Of a stretch of DNA of 64,000 bases, positions 44,104-51,338 are shown piece by piece (within the stretch, counting starts at the first letter, position 1; each line of letters starts with the position of its first letter). The position numbers and the translations under genes are program-made. The notes beneath the pieces are model-generated. The model was not told the origin of the DNA. It saw only the letters and a list, made by a program, of their open reading frames with translations, and did no database searches. This DNA comes from a virus, in IMG/VR virus record IMGVR_UViG_3300044614_002195, positions 1-64,000 of that record; one strand, 5' to 3'.

Positions 44104-45228
44104 ATGTCAAACAACTACATGAAAACACTGGCCGCCTCTTTTCTGAGAGCTAAATTAGCAGCACAAACTCCAGAAGAAAAGATGCATGAACAAGCTGAAA
44201 CCCCTGAGCAAGAGCAACTCGAGCACGCTGCAGGAGGCTATGAAGAAGGTGGCGAACTTCCAGGCAACGAAGCTCACGAAGAAATGGAAACACCTGAGGC
44301 TGAAAGCCTAGAGCATGCTCCTGGCGGCTATGAAGAAGGCGGCGAAGAAATGCCTGCAGGAAACCCCGACGAGGACGCTCATCTTGATCAGATGTTATCG
44401 CAGCTATCTCCAGAAGAATTAGATCAACTCGCTGAGCAGCTTGCAGGCGAAATGCAGGGTGGTGGAGTAGCTGGACCTGGAGCTGAAGGCGAAGACGTCG
44501 GAGAACTTGCTCAAGCCATCGAGCAGCATTTAGCACAAAATCCAGAAGCAGCAGTACCCCAAGCAGAGCCACAAAAAATGGCAGCTCTAGAATTTGTTAA
44601 GTCCGCCTCATACATCGAAGGATTTTTAAATCAGGCAATTGAAAGAGGTGTAAGTGTCAAGCAGGCTGTGGATATGTATGACCAGTCTCTTACAAACACG
44701 ATTCAAGCACTTAAACAGGCAGAGTTGAAAGGTAATCAGCATAAATTAGATGTTGATCACGACGGTAAGATCGAAGCAGAAGATCTTAAAAAGCTTAGAG
44801 AAGGGAAAAAAGCTAAAACAGCTGAAGAATTAAGAGAAGAAATTAAGACTGCTGCCTACTACGAAGGCGTAATTGAAAGAGCCAGAGAATACGGATTTTC
44901 TGACTACGAGGCTGTTAATTTTGTTAAGCAAGCAGCAACCAAAGGTTTTAGCCAATACGGCTCAAAGGGACAAAAAGGAAGTATGTTTGCTAAGAAAGCT
45001 AAAACACAAGCTAAAACACAAGCTAAAACACAAGCTAAACCACAAGCTAAAACAAAAGATGCGCCAAAAGCCTCCCAACCAACTTCATCTTACGATAGAC
45101 TAAAGCAAGATGCTGCAGCAATGAAGAACAAGGCAGTAAAGTACGTCAAAGATAATCCAATTAAATCTACAATAGCTGGAGCAGGCGCAGCAGGTTTAGC
45201 TGGAGGTTACCTGAGCAGCAAAGATTAA
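44104..45228 (+). CDS. Scaffold/prohead-core-like protein
   Basis: Glu-rich duplicated N-terminus, EF-hand-like DVDHDGKIEAED, many K-x-A motifs, and a basic AKTQ tail. Confidence 0.65.
   Translation: MSNNYMKTLAASFLRAKLAAQTPEEKMHEQAETPEQEQLEHAAGGYEEGGELPGNEAHEEMETPEAESLEHAPGGYEEGGEEMPAGNPDEDAHLDQMLSQLSPEELDQLAEQLAGEMQGGGVAGPGAEGEDVGELAQAIEQHLAQNPEAAVPQAEPQKMAALEFVKSASYIEGFLNQAIERGVSVKQAVDMYDQSLTNTIQALKQAELKGNQHKLDVDHDGKIEAEDLKKLREGKKAKTAEELREEIKTAAYYEGVIERAREYGFSDYEAVNFVKQAATKGFSQYGSKGQKGSMFAKKAKTQAKTQAKTQAKPQAKTKDAPKASQPTSSYDRLKQDAAAMKNKAVKYVKDNPIKSTIAGAGAAGLAGGYLSSKD
44998..45057 (+). repeat. 12-nt tandem repeat (five copies) encoding AKTQ
   Basis: GCTAAAACACAA x3, GCTAAACCACAA, GCTAAAACAAAA. 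Confidence 0.95.
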
Positions 45229-45303
45229 TAATTACTAATTTAACTATTTACAAACAACTAAAACTGAAATAAAATCTAAAACAATAGGAGTAATCAAAAA
45301 TAT

Positions 45304-46221
45304 ATGGCTAAACTAACAAAACATGCAGAAGTACTTAACCAATTACATACCATGGTTAAGAAGCAGGCTGAAGAAGCTCAGAAGAATATTTCCGGCGTCC
45401 CCGGCGGAGATGTCAAATCTGTAAGCGTCAGCGATGAGCACGAAACAACAAATAAGAATTCGGTGGGTCCAGAGAATGTAGCTCAGGGATATCATCAAAA
45501 GCCATCAGAAGATTCTTCTAAACCTCTTGCAAACGCTAAAAGCGCCAGTGAGTTAGGTACAGAAATTTTAGACATTATCCGCAAGCAGGCTGAAGCTCAG
45601 GACAGCGTCACTGGCGCACCTGGCGACGTGAAGTCCGAAAGCGTTGGCGACAATCAGGAAAAAGTGGACAAGAACAGCGTCAAGCCTGAAAATAACAAGC
45701 AGGACTATGAGCAGAAGGCATCCACAGACGAATCAAAGCCATTAGCTTCAGCAAAAAAGGCAGAAGTTGAAGAGCTTGCAGCCAAAGTTGCCTCTTACGA
45801 ATTGGGTCGCCAGTTTTGTGCAGCACTTTTAAAGGCCGCTGGAGAAGACCAGAGACAAGATGAAGCAGAACTCATGAAGCAGGCAGGCCGCAGGGATTTT
45901 GATCTTTTAATCTCTGAAGCTGCTGAAAGTCTTGAGGCTCAAGCCGAAGAAGAGGAGCAGGTCAAGCAGGCAGAACAGGCAGGCGCCACTTATTTTGACG
46001 AATTACTCAAGGAAGCTGCACTACAGGAAGCTGCCGAAGAAAACAAGCAGCTCAAGAGTAAGCTTGCTGAATACGAGCAGTTCGTTAAAGAAGCTCAGGC
46101 TCAGCAGGAAGCAGCAGAATATCAACAGGCCTTTGAACAGCAGCAGGTCAAACTTGCAGAGTCAGTAGCAGCTACAGTTCTCGAAAGACTGAAGAGCGAA
46201 ATGGCTCAGCCTGCACAGTAA
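45304..46221 (+). CDS. Scaffold-like protein with two 60-aa repeats and a coiled coil
   Basis: Repeats KQAE...PG.DVKS.SV.D..E...KNSV.PEN..Q.Y.QK.S.D.SKPLA.AK[SK]A; acidic coiled-coil C-terminus; AGGAG upstream. Confidence 0.7.
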   Translation: MAKLTKHAEVLNQLHTMVKKQAEEAQKNISGVPGGDVKSVSVSDEHETTNKNSVGPENVAQGYHQKPSEDSSKPLANAKSASELGTEILDIIRKQAEAQDSVTGAPGDVKSESVGDNQEKVDKNSVKPENNKQDYEQKASTDESKPLASAKKAEVEELAAKVASYELGRQFCAALLKAAGEDQRQDEAELMKQAGRRDFDLLISEAAESLEAQAEEEEQVKQAEQAGATYFDELLKEAALQEAAEENKQLKSKLAEYEQFVKEAQAQQEAAEYQQAFEQQQVKLAESVAATVLERLKSEMAQPAQ

Positions 46222-46233
46222 TTTAAGCTTGTC

Positions 46234-46389
46234 ATGCCTGCTGACTCTCTAGATCCAATTTCTATAGAGCAGCAGGCATTGAACGCCTTAGATTATTTAA
46301 GTGACGAAGATAAGAGTAAGGTTCTCAAATACATTGAGAGCCTTATACAACTACAATCACCATCAAATGACAAAACAAGCGCTATATAA
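46234..46389 (+). CDS. Small hypothetical protein (51 aa) whose start codon lies in an 18-bp hairpin
   Basis: Manually translated MPADSLDPISIEQQALNALD...; stem 46234-46279. Confidence 0.45.
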   Translation: MPADSLDPISIEQQALNALDYLSDEDKSKVLKYIESLIQLQSPSNDKTSAI

Positions 46390-46762
46390 AGTAGAAGAAT
46401 TTGTTAAGGTTGCTCTTGATGAGATTTCTGATCTTCAACAAAAGCTAGCGCAACAAAAAACAAAGCAGGCAGAGCAACAAGCTGAACTCGATAAGAATTT
46501 AGACACGGCACTTAAAAAGGCTGCAGCTGCAATGTATAGCTCTGATTTTATTAATGATGAAGAAGAAAAATCTTTGTTCATTAAAAAAGCAAAAGAAGAC
46601 TCATGCTATCTAGCTAAAGTTGTAGAACGTGTTTGCCAGGCCGCAGATGTCGCATATATGGGTAAGTCGGCCAGCGTTAAATCCAGCAGCCAATCCGAAG
46701 ATCCTGTTATGCGTAGAGCTTTTGGATACGATCAAAATTACAGTCTTTTAGACGACGAATAA
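46367..46762 (+). CDS. Scaffold-like coiled-coil protein
   Basis: Start reassigned to MTKQALY; TKQA, VKVA, QKLA, KKAA and GKSA motifs. Confidence 0.65.
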   Translation: MTKQALYKVEEFVKVALDEISDLQQKLAQQKTKQAEQQAELDKNLDTALKKAAAAMYSSDFINDEEEKSLFIKKAKEDSCYLAKVVERVCQAADVAYMGKSASVKSSSQSEDPVMRRAFGYDQNYSLLDDE

Positions 46763-46766
46763 TATT

Positions 46767-47111
46767 ATGAATAACTATTTCTTGGTAGGCTTTTTAAAAA
46801 GAGCAGAACAGCATGGTATAGATAGAGATACTGCGATTAGACTTCACGAAAAATACGCAGGGCCTATCGAAGACTTTAAATCCATGCAATCTCCAGGAAT
46901 GCAGGTCACAGCACCTACACCAGCGGTAGGCACATTATCTACAGGGTCTACAGGTACAGTAGGTAAACCTGTCGTAAGAAAATCCACTAGCGTAGCACCA
47001 GGTACAGTCTCCGCAGGTACAGCAACCGCCACCCCAGGCTTAAGATCCGGAGTAGCAGGTATGCAGGGAGGACTGGACAATTTAAAAAACTTTTTCGGAT
47101 TAGGCAAATAG
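46767..47111 (+). CDS. Putative internal head protein with helical leader
   Basis: YFLVGFLKRAEQHG...EKYA leader followed by Thr/Gly-rich cargo. Confidence 0.6.
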   Translation: MNNYFLVGFLKRAEQHGIDRDTAIRLHEKYAGPIEDFKSMQSPGMQVTAPTPAVGTLSTGSTGTVGKPVVRKSTSVAPGTVSAGTATATPGLRSGVAGMQGGLDNLKNFFGLGK

Positions 47112-47129
47112 TCTAATCTAAAAATATTG

Positions 47130-47158
47130 TTGACTCATAAGTATTTTTTTACGACAAT
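47130..47158 (+). promoter_or_regulatory. Sigma70-type promoter for the decoration and capsid genes
   Basis: TTGACT-N17-GACAAT, then a leader of about 105 nt with AGGAG. Confidence 0.65.
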
Positions 47159-47268
47159 ATTAATATAACTTTTCAGCGGAACATTTCTGATGCGGTCTTG
47201 AACGACGCTCGGGGTAGGAAGCAACCAAACAAAAAACAAACTAAACAAAAATAGGAGAAAAACTTAAT

Positions 47269-47712
47269 ATGATTAATTTCAAAAAAGGTCCCGCTCTCAG
47301 TTTGCATCAAGTAAACTATATCGGTGCCGCAAAAACAAATGAAGGTGTAGTTGCAGGAATGGTTGTTGAAATCGACCCTACAACTAAACAAGTGGTTAAA
47401 GCCACTATCGGTTCAGGCGAAACCACAGGATTATACGGATTTGCAATCAACAACCAGTCCTCTGGAGATGTGATTGAGTCCGGCAAAATCGGAGTTTATG
47501 CCCTCGATGGCGCATCCGTGGTTGAAACAGATCAAGTCCTTGAAACCATTAACGGAACAAATTTCCCGATTGGGGCATTGGTTTCTGCTTCAGGTGGAAA
47601 AGTGACTAAGGATGTTGTCGGCAAAGCCATCGGTCAGGTCGAAGGCTTCCGCGATATCCCGAGAGGTTCCGAGCCTTCCGTGAAGGTGCTCGGCGTTAAA
47701 CTCTTCAGCTAA
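47269..47712 (+). CDS. Capsid decoration/cement protein
   Basis: Small beta-rich Gly/Val protein (GVVAGMVVEI, GKIGVYALDG, KAIGQV) immediately upstream of the major capsid gene. Confidence 0.7.
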   Translation: MINFKKGPALSLHQVNYIGAAKTNEGVVAGMVVEIDPTTKQVVKATIGSGETTGLYGFAINNQSSGDVIESGKIGVYALDGASVVETDQVLETINGTNFPIGALVSASGGKVTKDVVGKAIGQVEGFRDIPRGSEPSVKVLGVKLFS

Positions 47713-47738
47713 TCTAACCAGGAGAAAAAATTAAATAT

Positions 47739-48698
47739 ATGGAAAAAATCGCAAATCAAAGAGTTTTCAACGATACGTTCGTTGAAATGGTTAAAGCTGG
47801 CGAAGAGAAGAAGGCAGCAGTGTCTGCACAGTCCTTCACCCGCAACAAGCTTCGTGAAGAAAGCTTCACGGAAAAGATTATCACCCCTATCGACATCAGC
47901 AATGATGACCTCGACAAGGCCCAGAATCCTGAGATGCTTGTTAAGTGGAATGATCGTGAGCCTGATACTGCACCTGCAGTGACAATCCCATTGGGTGTTG
48001 TTCCTGACATGTTCCAGTTCTCTGGTACGCGTTATCCTTCCTACTTCACTCGTATCACGAGCCCGAAGTTCAACAAGGACATCGATCAGCTCCGTAGCTA
48101 CGACTACGACATTCGTGCAATCATGCTCGAATTGAGTACCAAGGACATCGCGACCGAAATCGACACACGCTTCATGGAGCGCGTGGATAGCATCATCGGT
48201 CCAGTTAACGCAGCTAACACCCTCAACGGCCTCGAGCTCCCACAGAATGTCACCATTAGCGGTGGTATTACCCGTGAGAACGTCGCAGAAGCATTCAAGG
48301 TCATTCAGCGCTTGAAGGTGCCGTTTGGTCCTTCCCAGCCTGATGGCGGCGAAAGCAAGGGCGTTATGCTCATGAACAACGTCACTGCGCAGGACTTCGT
48401 CAAGATGAGCCGTAGTGAAGTTGGCGGCGATCTCGCACAGGAAATGTTCGTCAGCGGTCTTCCTTCCAAGACTCTCTTGGGGGTTAAGCCGATCTATACG
48501 ATCAAGCGCGATCTCGTGCCTGATGGCGTTATCTATCTGTTCTCTTCCGAAGAATTCTTCGGCAAGTACTACAGATTGCAGCCATTGACAGTGTTCATGA
48601 AGAACGAAGCTTACTTCCTCGAGTACTTCCAGTACATGAACCTCTCGCTCGCAATCGGTAACGTTAAGGGTGTTGTCCGCGTGGACTTCAACGCTTAA
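47739..48698 (+). CDS. Major capsid protein (HK97-type)
   Basis: 319 aa; RNKLREESF.EKII, DIATEIDTRF, and P-domain-like LLGVKPIYT..RDLVP.GVIYL; strongly biased codons; SD and terminator flank it. Confidence 0.85.
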   Translation: MEKIANQRVFNDTFVEMVKAGEEKKAAVSAQSFTRNKLREESFTEKIITPIDISNDDLDKAQNPEMLVKWNDREPDTAPAVTIPLGVVPDMFQFSGTRYPSYFTRITSPKFNKDIDQLRSYDYDIRAIMLELSTKDIATEIDTRFMERVDSIIGPVNAANTLNGLELPQNVTISGGITRENVAEAFKVIQRLKVPFGPSQPDGGESKGVMLMNNVTAQDFVKMSRSEVGGDLAQEMFVSGLPSKTLLGVKPIYTIKRDLVPDGVIYLFSSEEFFGKYYRLQPLTVFMKNEAYFLEYFQYMNLSLAIGNVKGVVRVDFNA

Positions 48699-48724
48699 TC
48701 TAAACTAGAGCTAGTGATTTAATG

Positions 48725-48754
48725 AGGGGACCCTTTAACCGGGGTCCCCTTTTT
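48725..48754 (+). terminator. Intrinsic terminator after the major capsid gene
   Basis: AGGGGACCC-(8 nt)-GGGTCCCCT followed by a T run. Confidence 0.85.
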
Positions 48755-48770
48755 AATGCCTACATGCCGC

Positions 48771-48799
48771 TTGATATATAGTGATATTATATCTATAAT
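48771..48799 (+). promoter_or_regulatory. Sigma70-type promoter for the neck operon
   Basis: TTGATA-N17-TATAAT, 7 nt before ATG 48807. Confidence 0.75.
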
Positions 48800-48806
48800 A
48801 GCTTTT

Positions 48807-49055
48807 ATGAACGAAAATATCCTTACAGAGTTTTTTAGCTTTCTAGATAAATCAGCGACTCTTAAAGCTGCGAACGAGGAAATAGGTACAAATCCTCCGC
48901 CACTACCTACAGGCAAAGAACCTAGGCACTCAGCTGTAGATCAGGTTAACAATACACAAGCCCCAGGATTAAATAATCCAAGCCATGGTGGAGCAGGAGG
49001 AATGCCCTTAAAAGCTCCAGCACTTAAACCTGTATCTTGGAATAAACCTTCATAG
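48807..49055 (+). CDS. Small Pro-rich protein with K-x-A motifs
   Basis: Start reassigned to MNENILTEFF; DKSA and LKAA motifs. Confidence 0.6.
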   Translation: MNENILTEFFSFLDKSATLKAANEEIGTNPPPLPTGKEPRHSAVDQVNNTQAPGLNNPSHGGAGGMPLKAPALKPVSWNKPS

Positions 49056-49057
49056 TA

Positions 49058-49504
49058 ATGGCTACTCCTATACTAACAAGCGAAGAAGTCAGACTCTTCC
49101 TACAGGATAGAACTGAATTGAATCCTCTATTATTGGGTATAAGATTTACACCTGAAATGATAGAGCAGGCGATGATTAATACGGTAGACTATTATAATCT
49201 AATGAATCCTCCTACAGGAGAAATGCATGCATTAGAAACGTTTCCGTACAGATCACTATTACTTCTAGGTACAGCTTCATATCTACTTAGATCAGGAGCA
49301 ATAAACGAAGCAGCCAATTCGTTATCATATGCCGCAGACGGCATTCAAGTTAACGACAAGGATAAAGCTCAAATATTTATGTCTTTATCTCAAAATCTGC
49401 AGCAAGACTTCAAAGAGTTAGCCCAGCAGATAAAGATGAATCACAACATTAGTCAGATTTACGGAGTCAAGCATTCAGAGTATATCTACAGAAGAAGATA
49501 CTAA
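49058..49504 (+). CDS. Putative head-tail adaptor
   Basis: Helical 148-aa protein (EVRLFLQD, EQAMINTVDYYN, YAADGIQVNDKDK) located after the capsid gene. Confidence 0.6.
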   Translation: MATPILTSEEVRLFLQDRTELNPLLLGIRFTPEMIEQAMINTVDYYNLMNPPTGEMHALETFPYRSLLLLGTASYLLRSGAINEAANSLSYAADGIQVNDKDKAQIFMSLSQNLQQDFKELAQQIKMNHNISQIYGVKHSEYIYRRRY

Positions 49505-49710
49505 TGGACATACAACCTAAAAAAACGCTGGCGGATAATATTGCGCAGTTAAACACTGTTTTGTCTCAGCTGCCAAGCACGGCAGGATTTCAAAAGAATT
49601 TCAAAGCTAAGTTAAAATTCTTGCAGTTAAAGAGAACAGCCAAGCATTGGATAGACGCAGTGACTGGAGCACATCATAGTAAGCATAAAGCAGATCAGCA
49701 GCCTCATTAG
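49504..49710 (+). CDS. Small hypothetical protein
   Basis: 68-aa ORF coupled to its neighbours. Confidence 0.5.
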   Translation: MDIQPKKTLADNIAQLNTVLSQLPSTAGFQKNFKAKLKFLQLKRTAKHWIDAVTGAHHSKHKADQQPH

Positions 49711-49711
49711 C

Positions 49712-50539
49712 ATGTCCACTATTAATAAAGTGTTTAGTAAACTAGTAGTTATCCCAGATTGGGGAGAAGGACACTTTATACAGTGGGAGCTAGATACCTT
49801 TTTTAAAGGACTAAGACCGTACAATTTTTCTTTAGAGATTTCTGAAACTATAGATTTTTCAGAAATAGTCGCAGTTAAAGAAAATCTTGGAGATGTGTTT
49901 TTTACTAGAGACACGACAAACATCAAACAAAACTGGGGCCCCAACCATACATATCGTGTAGTTTTAAATACAGCTGACGGTAAGCGATATGCTTCTCACC
50001 CTATGACTTTTGGCAGTGCTCCGCAGGAAAAACAAAAGTATGCAATGGCCGCCGAAATTATTAGAAAAGAAATACTGATGTGTAGATATGCAGGCACATC
50101 TGGCTGGCTTTTAAAAAGAAAAGGCTATAGCGCTAAAAATAAAAAAACATTAAGCCGTAACATAGACCCTGTTTCAGGTATACCTATAGCAGATACAGCT
50201 TATGAGGATTATGGAGTAGGTATAGATGGGGGCTATTTTGATCCTGTACCTTGTGCTTTTTATGCAGACGCAAACAGTCAGGATAAACAATTAGACCCTA
50301 GCGGCCTTGGCGTTAAAGAAAACTATTCATCAGCTGTAAGGTCTCCTGGATATCCTTTAATTGATGTGCGTGATATTATCTGCTCAGCCGACGGAGGACA
50401 AAGATATAGTGTGCAGAGCAAAAACGATAAACAGTTACCAGGCAGCAATATAACAATACTGCAGAAGCTTACATTAAATCTGATTCCTCCATCCGATACA
50501 ATTTATTCAATAGCTATACCTCTTCCGTTATATGTCTGA
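49712..50539 (+). CDS. Putative neck/head-closure protein
   Basis: N-terminal Fn3/Ig-like segment and C-terminal beta-barrel-like region (GIDGGYFDP, YPLIDVRDII, QRYSV); inferred from synteny. Confidence 0.5.
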   Translation: MSTINKVFSKLVVIPDWGEGHFIQWELDTFFKGLRPYNFSLEISETIDFSEIVAVKENLGDVFFTRDTTNIKQNWGPNHTYRVVLNTADGKRYASHPMTFGSAPQEKQKYAMAAEIIRKEILMCRYAGTSGWLLKRKGYSAKNKKTLSRNIDPVSGIPIADTAYEDYGVGIDGGYFDPVPCAFYADANSQDKQLDPSGLGVKENYSSAVRSPGYPLIDVRDIICSADGGQRYSVQSKNDKQLPGSNITILQKLTLNLIPPSDTIYSIAIPLPLYV

Positions 50540-51254
50540 CGCTAATCACGATAATAATTATAATCAGAGAGAGTTGACTACTTGTGACGAGGAGTTTATT
50601 TCGCATACCTCAGCATATAGAAGAGAACAGGACGCAAAAGACGAGCGCGAGATGGTATTAACTCCGTGGACGGTTCAAAATATATGCTACGAGGTTATAA
50701 AAAATTATATGATTGCAAATCCTCCTCAAAAGCAAGGATATAGATTTGCTCAAACATACGACCCAGACGATTTAAAAACCGGAATTGCTCTTGAAATTGC
50801 TTTTGCCTACAAAGATACAGTAATTCAAAAAAGGCCTGCAATATATGTGGGGAGAGGCGAAGTGAACTACCAATTTCCTACAATCAATCAGACTATGGGA
50901 GGAAACTCGAAAGAATCTGAGAAAAACAGATTTGGTATGGGGCAGATGCCTATAAATATTTCAATCGTAGCTACAAACGTAGGTTTTGCAGAACAATTAA
51001 CAGACTATATATCTAAAGTATTTTTTAACTACCAAGAAATAATTAAAAATGATTTCTGTATACGTCAATTAAAGCTAGTAAGTATAAGCCCACCTAGCTT
51101 ATACTTAGAAAGTAAAGATCACATAGCTATAACCATTATGCTTTTAGCCACGTTTGATTTAACGGCGGTTATCAGAGGAGATGACTTAAAGCTAAAAACC
51201 GTAGCATACACAATATTTACAAATTGCCTGAACGGCACAGTATTTCATCAGTAA
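50532..51254 (+). CDS. Putative tail terminator/completion protein
   Basis: QKRPAIYVGRG and mixed alpha/beta pattern; directly upstream of the sheath gene. Confidence 0.5.
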   Translation: MSDANHDNNYNQRELTTCDEEFISHTSAYRREQDAKDEREMVLTPWTVQNICYEVIKNYMIANPPQKQGYRFAQTYDPDDLKTGIALEIAFAYKDTVIQKRPAIYVGRGEVNYQFPTINQTMGGNSKESEKNRFGMGQMPINISIVATNVGFAEQLTDYISKVFFNYQEIIKNDFCIRQLKLVSISPPSLYLESKDHIAITIMLLATFDLTAVIRGDDLKLKTVAYTIFTNCLNGTVFHQ

Positions 51255-51267
51255 AAATCAAAAATAG

Positions 51268-51296
51268 TTGCAACACTAAAAAAATTCAGTTAAACT
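51268..51296 (+). promoter_or_regulatory. Sigma70-type promoter for the sheath gene
   Basis: TTGCAA-N17-TAAACT, with AGGAG downstream. Confidence 0.6.
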
Positions 51297-51338
51297 TATA
51301 TAGTATAAATCAAAAAAAATACACAGGAGAAATAAAAT

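Noticed and set aside
47165-47226. Structured RNA in the capsid-operon leader
   Set aside because: Only short 4-5 bp stems could be drawn, and CTGATGC does not match the hammerhead core; evidence is insufficient.
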